From the NCBI GenBank assembly GCA_963801815.1, contig CAWDGJ010000002.1, forward strand, positions 64,001 through 128,000: a DNA stretch of 64,000 bases. Direction: 5' to 3'. Under the pieces are notes generated by a model. The model was not told where the DNA came from and searched no databases. It saw nothing but the letters and a program-made list of their open reading frames with translations. The DNA comes from an uncultured Verrucomicrobiae bacterium (lineage in GTDB: Bacteria; Verrucomicrobiota; Verrucomicrobiia; Chthoniobacterales; UBA10450). Made by a program: the position numbers and the translations under genes. This document shows, piece by piece, positions 30,274-39,440 of the stretch. Position 1 is the stretch's first letter. Each line of letters begins with the position of its first letter.

Positions 30274-30694
30274 TCTTCTTCACCCATTCTTCCCAGCCAC
30301 CTTGCAGAACAAAAACATCCTTGAGCTCCACTTCATCGCGCAGGCGTTTCGCCACGTCGCGCGCCGCGTTACAACTTTCGGCGCTGCAATAGACGACCAC
30401 CTGTTTGTCGGGCGACCAGTTTGGAAGAAATTGCGCCAGTAAATCGTTCCAGTGGTCCTCGTTTAATGAAAACGCACCGGGAACGTGATCATGCGCAAAT
30501 TCGTCATCGGGCCGCGCGTCCACCCAGATTGCGCCCTCGCCCCAGGCGCGCGCTTGATCAACCGTGACCAGCTCCGATGCCGGAATCGGCGATTCCCAGG
30601 AAACTCTATCGCGAAAATAAAACCCCTGGCCGATCGCCGGCAAAAACGCGAGCGCGATCAGGATGAGCGCTTCGCCAACGGCGCGGAGTTTCAC
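30266..30694 (-). CDS. Rhodanese-like domain protein with N-terminal TM
   Basis: WVDAR, HVPGA, VVYCSAESC, VLQGGWEEW. Confidence 0.88.
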   Translation of the reverse strand: MKLRAVGEALILIALAFLPAIGQGFYFRDRVSWESPIPASELVTVDQARAWGEGAIWVDARPDDEFAHDHVPGAFSLNEDHWNDLLAQFLPNWSPDKQVVVYCSAESCNAARDVAKRLRDEVELKDVFVLQGGWEEWVKKNR

Positions 30695-30697
30695 CGA

Positions 30698-31459
30698 TCA
30701 GTGGCTAGCCGGCGATACCGACGGTATTGCAGCCGGGGTGACGGCCCTCGCTGGCGCACCGATTTGGGTGGTGGGCGCGCGCAACAGAGGAGGCGGCAGC
30801 GGATTGGTGATTTGTGCGTTCACGTAAAACGATTTCGGCGCTTCTTTCGGATAATCAGTCTGGAGTAACAGCGCCGTTCCCATTGGGTGGCTCGTGTCCT
30901 TCGGCGTGATCTCAAGCGTCCATTCGCCAGGCTTGCCCGGTTCCATCTTGGATTCGAAATTCTGACTGTTCGATTTAATCGTGATGTTCTTGACTGGAAA
31001 TTCCTTGGCCGCTTTGAGCGAAATCTTCTTTGTCTTCGGTTCCTCGCCGGTCCTCCAATAGACAAAGGTGGGTTTGATCTCCAGCCCCGGTGTGATGTTC
31101 GCCTTCAGCGTGAGAATCATCGTGGCCTGCGTCGGATTTGGATCGTCGGTCTGCACCGTCACCGTTTTCATTTGCTGGCCGGTACGATCGCCAATGTTAA
31201 ACGTCGCGACGACTTCGCCCTTTTCGCCGGGGTTCACTACTTCCTTCTGCGTCTGCGTCGTCGTGCAACCGCACGACGCCTTTACCGACTTAAAGTGGAC
31301 CGGCGTCGTGCCAACGTTTTCGTATTTAAAATGGGCAACCGCTTGTTTGTCGCCAGAGGATGGATGCAGCTCGATCGTGTCTTGCTCCCATTTCAATTCC
31401 GCGCGCGCGGCGACGGCGAGCAAGATCGACAACGTAAAAGTGAGAATGCTGGTTTTCAT
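30698..31459 (-). CDS. Secreted DUF1573-like Ig-fold protein
   Basis: Signal peptide; FKYENVG, VKASCGCT, PGEKG, KTVTVQTD. Confidence 0.8.
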   Translation of the reverse strand: MKTSILTFTLSILLAVAARAELKWEQDTIELHPSSGDKQAVAHFKYENVGTTPVHFKSVKASCGCTTTQTQKEVVNPGEKGEVVATFNIGDRTGQQMKTVTVQTDDPNPTQATMILTLKANITPGLEIKPTFVYWRTGEEPKTKKISLKAAKEFPVKNITIKSNSQNFESKMEPGKPGEWTLEITPKDTSHPMGTALLLQTDYPKEAPKSFYVNAQITNPLPPPLLRAPTTQIGAPARAVTPAAIPSVSPASH

Positions 31460-32352
31460 TTTTTCGAATAGGAGCGCTCAATATAATCAGCCACGGCGTC
31501 TCGCCAAGAGCGCGGTGCGATGCCGGTCAACGCCCGATATTTCGCGCCGGAGAGCACAGAATAAACCGGGCGGCGCGCAAGCCAGTTTGCTTGCCCGCCG
31601 GAGCTTTGGCGAAGGCGGGTCATATCGGTAAGTTTCAGTGCGGCGACGGTCTTCGCCTTTAGCGGTATGTCCATCTTGCTGCAACAATCGAGCGCGTGCT
31701 GAGCGTATTCCTGCCAGGTGCATTCGCCCGAATTCGTCAGATGCACAACGCCCGCGTCGACATCGAAAACCCGCGGCAGCATCTCCGCGATATCGGTCGT
31801 GTAGGTCGGCGTCGACCATTTATCGGCGATCGCTTCGATTTTCTCCTCTTGGCGCGCGCGTTGAATCATTGCGTCGATAAAACTGGGCCGGTCCGGCCCA
31901 AACACCCACGAAACCCGGATCACCAAATGGCGATCGCTGGTTTGGAGCACGAACTTTTCGCCGGCGCGTTTCGATTCGCCATAACAGTTGATCGGTTTGG
32001 CCGAATCGTCTTCGACGTAAGGCGAGCGCTTTTCGCCATCGAAAACGTAGTCGGTGCTGAAATGAATGAGTTTTGCGTTCTTGTTCGCACAGATTTCAGC
32101 CAGGATACGCGGTGCTTCGGCATTGATCGCGAACGCCTGATCCACTTCGGTTTCGCAAAGATCGACATTGGTAAAGGCAGCCGCGTTGATCAGCAAATCA
32201 AAATCAAGCTTTGTAACGTCCCGATGAATTTCATCGGGCTTGGCAAGATCGAGCCGCGCGTGATCAAAGCCAGCGACGTCGAACTTTTCGCGATAAGCAC
32301 GTACGAGCGCGGCGCCAAGTCGACCGCCTGAACCGATAATAACAATTTTCAT
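31456..32352 (-). CDS. rfbD: dTDP-4-dehydrorhamnose reductase
   Basis: GSGGRLG, AAFTNVD, STDYVFDG, YGESK, PTY. Confidence 0.95.
   Translation of the reverse strand: MKIVIIGSGGRLGAALVRAYREKFDVAGFDHARLDLAKPDEIHRDVTKLDFDLLINAAAFTNVDLCETEVDQAFAINAEAPRILAEICANKNAKLIHFSTDYVFDGEKRSPYVEDDSAKPINCYGESKRAGEKFVLQTSDRHLVIRVSWVFGPDRPSFIDAMIQRARQEEKIEAIADKWSTPTYTTDIAEMLPRVFDVDAGVVHLTNSGECTWQEYAQHALDCCSKMDIPLKAKTVAALKLTDMTRLRQSSGGQANWLARRPVYSVLSGAKYRALTGIAPRSWRDAVADYIERSYSKK
31589..31619 (-). repeat. REP-like element in frame within rfbD
   Basis: CCCGCCTTCGCCAAAGCTCCGGCGGGCAAGC, encoding TRLRQSSGGQA. Confidence 0.7.
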
Positions 32353-32358
32353 TCTTCT

Positions 32359-32417
32359 GTAGCCGCGCTCTACGAGCGCCGATCTCTTCTACTTTCGGCG
32401 GTCATAGACCGCGCTAC
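32359..32417. repeat. GTAG REP doublet between rfbB and rfbD
   Basis: GTAGCCGCGCTCTACGAGCGCCG .. CGGCGGTCATAGACCGCGCTAC. Confidence 0.8.
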
Positions 32418-32425
32418 GAAAATCT

Positions 32426-33417
32426 TCAATACCGCCCCGCGCGCTCAAGCAGCGGTTGCCACCATGATTGATTGTCGATGTACCACTGGATGGTGGTCTT
32501 CAATCCTTCGTCAAAATCCTTGCGCGGTTTCCATTTCAATTCCTTCTGCCCAAACGAGGAATCGATCGCGTAACGGCGGTCGTGGCCGAGGCGGTCTTTC
32601 ACAAACGAAATCAGGCTCTCAGGCTTGTCGAGCTGTTTCAAAATCATCTTCACGAGATCGAGGTTCAGCCATTTCGTTGCCGCCGCCGAAATTGTAAACC
32701 GCGCCCGGCTTTCCCTCGAACAATGCGGCCACAGCTGCCGCGCAATGATCTTCGACGTGAATCCAGTCGCGCACGTTCATGCCGTCGCCATAAACTGGCA
32801 GCGGCTCGTCGCGCAGCGCTTTGATGATCATGAGCGGAATCAGTTTTTCGGGAAACTGATACGGCCCGTAGTTGTTCGAGCAGCGCGTGACGATGACTTC
32901 CTGTCCGTAGGTTTTGTGGTGCGCGAGAGCGAGAAGGTCGGCGCCGGCTTTGCTCGCCGAATACGGCGAGCTGGGATCAAGCGGCGATTGCTCGGTGAAC
33001 TTTCCGGTTTTGCCTAGCGAACCGTAAACCTCGTCGGTGGAAATTTGAACGAAACGCTGGACGCCATGCTTGCGCGCCGCGTTCAAGCAGCACGCTCGTG
33101 CCGATGACGTTGGTGTGAATGAAGTTCTCGGGCGAATTGATGCTTCGATCGACGTGCGACTCGGCGGCGAAATTGACGACGGCGAAGAATTGATGCTCGA
33201 GCATGAGGGCGTCCATCGCGTCGGCGTTGGCGATATCGGCTTTGAAAAATTCGTAGCGTTCGCCATGTTCCTCGACCACGCCGTCAAGATTGGCGAGGTT
33301 GCCGGCGTAGGTCAGGGCGTCGACATTTGTGACCGAGGCCGGCTTGTAATGTTGCAGAATATAGCGAATAAAATTGCTCCCGATGAAGCCGCAGCCGCCG
33401 GTCACGAGAATTCGCAC
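32426..33417 (-). CDS. rfbB: dTDP-glucose 4,6-dehydratase (two apparent frameshifts, about 33085 and 32670)
   Basis: [26 protein letters not shown] / [32 protein letters not shown] / [12 protein letters not shown], spread over three frames. Confidence 0.92.
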
Positions 33418-33478
33418 AGCGACAGCTAGCAGCCCACAGGCTGCCGCGCTAGCAGATTTTCCCCTGCTCGGCGGCTCT

Positions 33479-35284
33479 TTGGAGACATGGCGACGCGCGT
33501 TCGTGGAAAGCGAGTGGACGCCGTGGCTCATCCTCGGTCTCGCGACTTTTCTGCGCCTTTTCCTCCTCGGAATGAAGCCGCCGCATTTCGACGAGGGAAT
33601 CAACGGCTGGTTTGTCGATCAAGTCCTTAAGAACGGTTATTACAAATACGATCCGACGAATTATCACGGCCCGCTCCATTTTTACGCGCTGTTGTTGTCC
33701 CAAACATTGTTCGGAAGAAATCTCTGGGCACTGCGACTGCCAGTCGTGCTGGTCAGCGTCGCTTGCGTTTGGCTCACATTGAAATTCGAACCATTGGTCG
33801 GCCGAACAGTCAGCCGGCTGGCTGCGCTCGCGATGACGGTGTCACCCGGTTTTGTTTTTTACGGTCGTTATTCGATCCACGAAGTCTGGATTTTGTTTTT
33901 TACGATGCTGTTTTTCTTCGGCCTGTTCGGGCTCTGGAAATTCGGCACCGCAAATTATCTCTGGTGCGCCGGGATGGGACTGACCGGTATGATTTTATCG
34001 AAGGAGACTTACATCCTCCACATCGCCTGCGCGATCATCGCCGCTTTCGTTCTTCTAATTTCGAATGGTCTCGCCCGCGGCGCTGCGAAGTTTTTACAAC
34101 GCAGTGGAAGTCGACGTGGAATTCTTGCAGCCTGTTTGAAACTAATTTCCCAAGGAATCACTACGATCGCCTCGCCAATCGAGGACACGCGACCGGCCGC
34201 GCAAACTTGGAACTCTGTCGACCTTACGGTGGTCATTGGGACTGGGATCGCGCTAATCATCGCGTTCTATTCCGGCTTTTTCTTCCACTGGAGTGGAGTG
34301 AGGGGGATTCTTGAAGCCTACAAGCCTTGGTTCGAAACCGGCAGTCAGGGTCACGGTCACGAAAAAGCGCCTTATTACTGGCTCGCTCTGATCAGTCATT
34401 ACGAGCTGCCTGTTTTGGCGGGCCTGCTCGCGTGCTTGTTCGCTCTGCGGTTTGAGTCAGTGTTCCTGCGTTACCTGGCAATTTACGGTGTGGGAACGCT
34501 CATGGCCTACAGCATCGTGAAATACAAAACGCCATGGTGCATTATCAGCTTCATTTGGCCGTTTCTGTTTACGTTGGGCGCAATGGTGACACTCGCGCCG
34601 CTGCGATTTAAAGGCGTTACCTACCGAGCGATCGGTCTCGTCCTGATAGGATTGCTCGGCTACACATTTTTTTACGTTGTCACGAAGGACTGGCCCACAA
34701 CCTGGGATCACGTGTGGCCGTACTGGTTGATCGCAGGCACCGGGTTGTTATTGGCGGTATTAACAATTCGCGATTTGACGGAGATAATTGCGGCAATTCT
34801 GATCGTTTGGTCGCTCGGATATTGCATTTGGTTGAATTACTTCAGGTGCACAACCGACAGCGAGCCGTACGTCTATGTGCAGACCTACAACGATATTTAC
34901 AAATTTACTGATCCGATCGTGCAACTGGCCCACGCAGATCCCCGCGCGTATCAGCTGGTCGGTCACGTTATTCGCGGCAGTCCCTATCCGTTGCCGTGGA
35001 TCCTTGGTGATTTCGGTCGGGTCGGTTATTACGAAAAGGACAGCATGCCAGATAAGTTGGACGGCGACTTTCTGCTCGTGGAGCAGGACAAGATCGCCAC
35101 GGTCGAACAGAAACTGCATGAGACCTACTACACGGTGCCGCTAACGATTCGACCGTACCAGGATCCGTCGAAAGCCTATTTCAACGCGAAAATTTTCAAG
35201 GTCTTCTTCCCCGGAAAATCGCCTGACTTTAATGGGGCTACACCGCACCCGAGCCCAACAACATCACCAAGTCCAAACCAATGA
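33479..35284 (+). CDS. GT-C/PMT-like membrane glycosyltransferase (Agl23-like); start uncertain
   Basis: PPHFDEG, YDPTNYHGP, LSKETY, YKTPW, PYVYVQT; many TMs. The ORF-track start at 33374 overlaps the divergent rfbB. Confidence 0.75.
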   Translation: METWRRAFVESEWTPWLILGLATFLRLFLLGMKPPHFDEGINGWFVDQVLKNGYYKYDPTNYHGPLHFYALLLSQTLFGRNLWALRLPVVLVSVACVWLTLKFEPLVGRTVSRLAALAMTVSPGFVFYGRYSIHEVWILFFTMLFFFGLFGLWKFGTANYLWCAGMGLTGMILSKETYILHIACAIIAAFVLLISNGLARGAAKFLQRSGSRRGILAACLKLISQGITTIASPIEDTRPAAQTWNSVDLTVVIGTGIALIIAFYSGFFFHWSGVRGILEAYKPWFETGSQGHGHEKAPYYWLALISHYELPVLAGLLACLFALRFESVFLRYLAIYGVGTLMAYSIVKYKTPWCIISFIWPFLFTLGAMVTLAPLRFKGVTYRAIGLVLIGLLGYTFFYVVTKDWPTTWDHVWPYWLIAGTGLLLAVLTIRDLTEIIAAILIVWSLGYCIWLNYFRCTTDSEPYVYVQTYNDIYKFTDPIVQLAHADPRAYQLVGHVIRGSPYPLPWILGDFGRVGYYEKDSMPDKLDGDFLLVEQDKIATVEQKLHETYYTVPLTIRPYQDPSKAYFNAKIFKVFFPGKSPDFNGATPHPSPTTSPSPNQ

Positions 35285-37104
35285 AGTGGCTTGCCGGCGG
35301 CTTAACATTTGTCAACGCCGCTACTATTTGCGGATTGCTGCTCGGAATAGTGGCTGGCGGGTTGAGCACTCCGATCGCATTCATCGCGATTGCATTGGGC
35401 GCAGTGTTAGCGGCTGTTGCTTACGCCAGCACCGGAGACACACCCCCAGCCTCGGCCGGCGAACCAACTCAGGGTAGATATCGAAACCTCATCACCTGGA
35501 TCCTCGCGGCAATCTTCGCGATCTTCGCACTGCGTTCGTTTATTTGGCTTCTTTATGTCGACGGAACCGAACTCAAGATCCAATCGCCGGTGAACCTCGG
35601 TGACCTCGGCCTTCATCTCACTCACATCAAGTTCTTTGCCAACGGCGTCCGCCTGTGGCCGTCGAATCCGATTTATGTCGGCAGCGAACACCTGCGCTAT
35701 CCCGCCGGCATCGATTTGTTCAACGCTCTGCTGCTGAAGATCAACGTCAGTCTAATTCCGGGGCTTGTCTGGGTTGGTTTAATTGCATCGATCGCGACGT
35801 TTTACGCGTTTTATCGCTGGGGCGGCGCGTTTGCGGTTGCCGGTTTTCTTTTCAACGGCGGTATCGCGGGTTTTCAGTTTCTCAAAACATTCGATGTCAG
35901 CGATTATCAAGACGTCAATCACGTCGCTTGGAAGTGCATTCCACTCACGATGTTCGTGACTCAACGCGGCCTACTGTATGCCATTCCGGCCGGGTTGATC
36001 CTTTTGTGGCACTGGCGGGAAAAGTTTTATGGAAAGGCGGAACAAGATCGAAACCGGGGGCCTCTGCCGTTTTGGCTCGAGCTTTCGTTCTACGCGGCAA
36101 TGCCGCTCTTTCACATTCACACCTTCATGGCGCTCAGCATTCTGCTCGTTTGTTTGTTCGTCGCCGGCGATGCGCCGGAACGCAGTCACATTCTGAAACT
36201 CGTTCTTAGCGCGCTGGTCCCGGCAACGTTTCTTGTCTGGCTAATCACGGACCATTTCCACGCCAGGTCCGTAATCGAATTCAACTGGGGCTGGGTCCAG
36301 CGCAATGATGGCGAATTCAAAATGCCGTTCTTTCGCTTCTGGTTCTTTAACTTTGGAATGTTGGTGCCCTTGGTGCTGACCCTGACCGGCATGCTCGGCT
36401 ACCGTGTCTGGAGGGAGGGATTCAAATCGGGACGCAAGCAGCCAGAGGAGATCGCGTTTGTTTTCGGCGCGACAGCCATTTTTCTTTTCACCTTCTTTGT
36501 GAAAACCGCGCCCTGGGGGTGGGACAATCTCAAGATTATGGTTTGGTCCTACTTCATCGTGCTGCCCTATTTGTGGCGAAATTTGATCATTCAATGGGAG
36601 CGGCCGATCCGCTGGGCAGTGTGTTTTGGGTTGTTTGCTTCGGGATTCATCAGCTTGTTCGGCGGATTGGCCGCCGGGAAAGGTGGTTTCGGTTTCGCGC
36701 AACGCGGCGAAGTGGATGCGGTCGACGCCGCTGTTCGTAAAATGCCGATCGAGGCGCGATTTGCTTCGTGGCCGACTTACAATCATCCGTTGCTGCTCAG
36801 CGGGAGAAAGGTTGTGATGGGATATCCCGGTCATCTCTGGACCCAGGGATTCGACGATTACGGGAAAACGAACGACTTGCTTGCCAGATTAATGCAAGGG
36901 GCGAACGACTGGCGTGATCTCGCCCGGACCTTGCATGTCCGGTATATTTTTTGGGGACGCGAAGAAAAAGCGAACTATCAATCCAGCACAAGGCCGTGGG
37001 AGAAGACTACGGCGCTGGCGGCTTCCGGAACGTGGGGGGCAATTTACGATTTGGAACAACCCGCGACTCCAAATCAGGCGACACCCCCAAGTGTGGACCA
37101 ATAA
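35281..37104 (+). CDS. Polytopic membrane protein, probable GT-C-type transferase
   Basis: ATGA overlap; GDLGLH, LRYP, QRGLLY, WDNLK, GYPGHLW; many TMs. Confidence 0.7.
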   Translation: MKWLAGGLTFVNAATICGLLLGIVAGGLSTPIAFIAIALGAVLAAVAYASTGDTPPASAGEPTQGRYRNLITWILAAIFAIFALRSFIWLLYVDGTELKIQSPVNLGDLGLHLTHIKFFANGVRLWPSNPIYVGSEHLRYPAGIDLFNALLLKINVSLIPGLVWVGLIASIATFYAFYRWGGAFAVAGFLFNGGIAGFQFLKTFDVSDYQDVNHVAWKCIPLTMFVTQRGLLYAIPAGLILLWHWREKFYGKAEQDRNRGPLPFWLELSFYAAMPLFHIHTFMALSILLVCLFVAGDAPERSHILKLVLSALVPATFLVWLITDHFHARSVIEFNWGWVQRNDGEFKMPFFRFWFFNFGMLVPLVLTLTGMLGYRVWREGFKSGRKQPEEIAFVFGATAIFLFTFFVKTAPWGWDNLKIMVWSYFIVLPYLWRNLIIQWERPIRWAVCFGLFASGFISLFGGLAAGKGGFGFAQRGEVDAVDAAVRKMPIEARFASWPTYNHPLLLSGRKVVMGYPGHLWTQGFDDYGKTNDLLARLMQGANDWRDLARTLHVRYIFWGREEKANYQSSTRPWEKTTALAASGTWGAIYDLEQPATPNQATPPSVDQ

Positions 37105-37114
37105 TGTTCGTTTT

Positions 37115-37179
37115 CAGGGCACCCGCTCTGCCTGCCGGCTTCAAAACCCCACCGTCGATGCAGCGACCGCTTGCCCTAC
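37115..37179. repeat. Degenerate GTAG REP doublet between convergent genes
   Basis: cagggcacccgctctgcctgcc .. gcagcgaccgcttgccctac; the CTAC holds the stop codon of the FabZ-like gene. Confidence 0.65.
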
Positions 37180-37598
37180 GGTTTCTCCTCCAGAGTACTC
37201 AATACGATTTGTCCTGCCGCCACCTGTTGGTTGTTGATCAACGCCTCGACTTCAAATTGAAGAAGTTGATCGATTTCACCCAGCTTGCGGGCGCGCAGAA
37301 CAATTTTCTCTTCGGGACGCACCCCGCGTAAAAATTTCATTTGCCGAATCGCGGAAAGCAGGAACCGCGTCCCCGAATTTTCCCGATGCGCTGCGATTCC
37401 CGCCGTTTGCGCAAGCGCTTCCGTTAAAATCACGCCGGGAACAAGCGGATCATCGGGGAAGTGTCCCGCGAACATTGGGTCGTCGCGCGAAAACTGCGTT
37501 TCGCATTCAGCCGACACGCCCGGCTCGCGTGCGATTAATTTCCGTACGAAGACAAACGGCGGCCGATGGGGCAGATTGGAGAGGAAGTCGGAGGTCAG
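37176..37598 (-). CDS. FabA/FabZ-family hotdog-fold dehydratase; start codon unclear
   Basis: LPHRPPFVFV, FAGHFP, PGVILTEALAQ. The open frame extends only to a CTG inside the tandem repeat. Confidence 0.8.
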   Translation of the reverse strand: MTSDFLSNLPHRPPFVFVRKLIAREPGVSAECETQFSRDDPMFAGHFPDDPLVPGVILTEALAQTAGIAAHRENSGTRFLLSAIRQMKFLRGVRPEEKIVLRARKLGEIDQLLQFEVEALINNQQVAAGQIVLSTLEEKP

Positions 37599-37654
37599 AG
37601 GTCAGAGGTCAGAGGTCAGAGGTCAGAGGTCAGAGGTCGGAGGTCGGAGGTCAG
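37583..37654. repeat. Tandem 7-mer array, 10x RGARGTC
   Basis: ggaagtc ggaggtc (agaggtc)x6 ggaggtc ggaggtc; a shorter relative follows guaA at 19361-19390. Confidence 0.95.
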
Positions 37655-38113
37655 TTACCCGTTAACAAAGTAGGCAAACTTCCAGCTGCCCTTCACTCGC
37701 GTGATGCCCGCGCGGTACCCGTCGTAGTTCAACGATGGATCGGCAAATTGCGGCGGTGCGACCAGGAAATTCCCTTTCTTGACGAATTTCTCCGCAAGGA
37801 TGCCATCCAATTCCGGCCACAGGTTTTCCTGGTCCCAGTATTGGAAAACGCCGGGGCCGGCCATCGCCGGGTCGAGCTTGTAACCGAAATCGTCACTCAT
37901 CATCGACTTGAGCGTTGCTATATCGCGATTGGCAGCCGCCTTGCGAAGGCGGCCGACAAATGCTTGAAAATCGACATCCCCACTTTCGCGCAGGTCCGCC
38001 TTCGTCTTTTTCTTAAGCGCGGCTTCCTTTAGTTTTTTTTCCTTCTGCTCCGGCGTTTGGCACCCGGCGAAGACGAAGACAGACAATAATAGAGCCGTGA
38101 TGAGAATTCTCAT
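37655..38113 (-). CDS. Lipoprotein, function unknown
   Basis: MRIL..VFAGC lipobox. Confidence 0.75.
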   Translation of the reverse strand: MRILITALLLSVFVFAGCQTPEQKEKKLKEAALKKKTKADLRESGDVDFQAFVGRLRKAAANRDIATLKSMMSDDFGYKLDPAMAGPGVFQYWDQENLWPELDGILAEKFVKKGNFLVAPPQFADPSLNYDGYRAGITRVKGSWKFAYFVNG

Positions 38114-38128
38114 TGGTCTAAACGTCTG

Positions 38129-38881
38129 TCACGTTTGCCGCTTGGATTCAAGGGCGACCTTGCAAGCGCCATGTTGCCGGCGCTTGAATGGATGGGCGAG
38201 AAATATCCAGTAGATCGCGCTCGCAAAATCAATCAGCGAAGCGGACGGACTTGTCAGGCGAAGTGGACCGGTGCGCAGGGAGGCGAAAACACCTTCAATG
38301 GTTAACTCTGCCGGACGCGGGATGCTGGTGTGATGACGGCCGAACGCATGCAACCGATGCGCATCTGAAGTCGCGATCAACGGCTTGCTGTATTTCCTGG
38401 CAACTCTGGCTGCGCGTCGGTTTGGATTAAGCAACCCTTTGTGAAAATGACACATCTCGATCGCATCGAAGCAATCAATCTCATCAAAGAGCCGTGGACC
38501 AATCGAACCGCCCAAAACGTAAAAGGGATGCGGCGCGATCGTGAAAATCGACGACCCGCGACGGGCCCGAAGGTCGCGCACGTCGTCGAACGTATTCAAC
38601 GAGGCGATTTCGCTTGGAGTCACGTTCAGTAAAATCATGTCCGCGCCTTGCAATCGCATTTCGGCGGCCGGAATGAGCAGAATTCCCAGCGCAGCGGCGT
38701 CTGCGAAGACTTCTGCGCGATCGAACACCGCGTCGTGCAGGGTGATCGCAAGAACGCCGAAACCGAGTTGCTTCGCGCGCTCGAGCAATTGATGCGCCGA
38801 GTAATCGATCACATCCTTCGGGTCATCTAGAGTGTGGATGTGGAGATCGATTTTGATCCAATCGGTTTCGCTCTGGCTCAT
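38129..38881 (-). CDS. PHP-domain metal-dependent phosphoesterase
   Basis: IDLHIHT, AITLHD, APHP, TSDAH. Confidence 0.88.
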   Translation of the reverse strand: MSQSETDWIKIDLHIHTLDDPKDVIDYSAHQLLERAKQLGFGVLAITLHDAVFDRAEVFADAAALGILLIPAAEMRLQGADMILLNVTPSEIASLNTFDDVRDLRARRGSSIFTIAPHPFYVLGGSIGPRLFDEIDCFDAIEMCHFHKGLLNPNRRAARVARKYSKPLIATSDAHRLHAFGRHHTSIPRPAELTIEGVFASLRTGPLRLTSPSASLIDFASAIYWIFLAHPFKRRQHGACKVALESKRQT

Positions 38882-38946
38882 GCTCCTGCTTTAATTCTTG
38901 CTCGAAAGCAATCGAGCATGAGCACGATTAAGAGCAAGCGTAAGAG
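38870..38946. repeat. Inverted GAGCAN hexamer arrays
   Basis: Minus strand TCGAGCAAGAATTAAAGCAGGAGCATGAGCCAGAGC versus plus strand TCGAGCATGAGCACGATTAAGAGCAAGCGTAAGAG. Confidence 0.65.
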
Positions 38947-39030
38947 GGAGCGCAGGATAGGCCGAAAACTTGCGGCGAAACGCCGATTCTTTACTGTTCA
39001 CGGATCACTCATCACTGATCACTTCCGAAC

Positions 39031-39114
39031 GCTCGGGTGGTGGAATGGCAGACACGTACGTTTGAGGGGCGTATGCCGAAAGGCATGCGGGTTCAAGTCC
39101 CGCCCCGAGCACCA
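39031..39114 (+). tRNA. tRNA-Leu (GAG), CCA encoded
   Basis: GCTCGGG acceptor stem, TGGAATGGCAGACA D-arm, TTGAGGG anticodon loop, long variable arm, GGTTCAAGTCC, ACCA. Preceded by a TCACNNN heptamer array at 38991-39023. Confidence 0.97.
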
Positions 39115-39224
39115 ATTCTGTGGTTTTTGCCTGTAAAGCATGTCCCCGCAAAACTGTTTGTAACGAGAACGTTGCTTCGATTCTCTAAGGAAGACGAAAA
39201 ACTTCGATCTTTTCCTGTGCGCAA

Positions 39225-39440
39225 ATGCGATTCGTTTGTGTGCCGCGTCAACGCAAACCGAAGGGTCGATCCAGCGACGGAAACGCCGGCCACAAAGGCG
39301 ACGGCAAAATTGTGTGCGCGTTGTGCGGGCGTACCATCAAAGAAGACGGCAGTGCCGAACAACCCGTTATTTACAGCATCTGTGCGACTTGCAAGAAACT
39401 GCCGCACCGAAATCCCGGTTCGACCGCGTCACTTAACTAG
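39225..39440 (+). CDS. Small putative zinc-ribbon protein
   Basis: CALC-x18-CATC and a basic N-terminus; the start may be GTG 39240. Confidence 0.5.
   Translation: MRFVCVPRQRKPKGRSSDGNAGHKGDGKIVCALCGRTIKEDGSAEQPVIYSICATCKKLPHRNPGSTASLN

Noticed and set aside
37583..37654. CRISPR array
   Set aside because: The units are 7 bp with no spacers, and there are no cas genes in the window.
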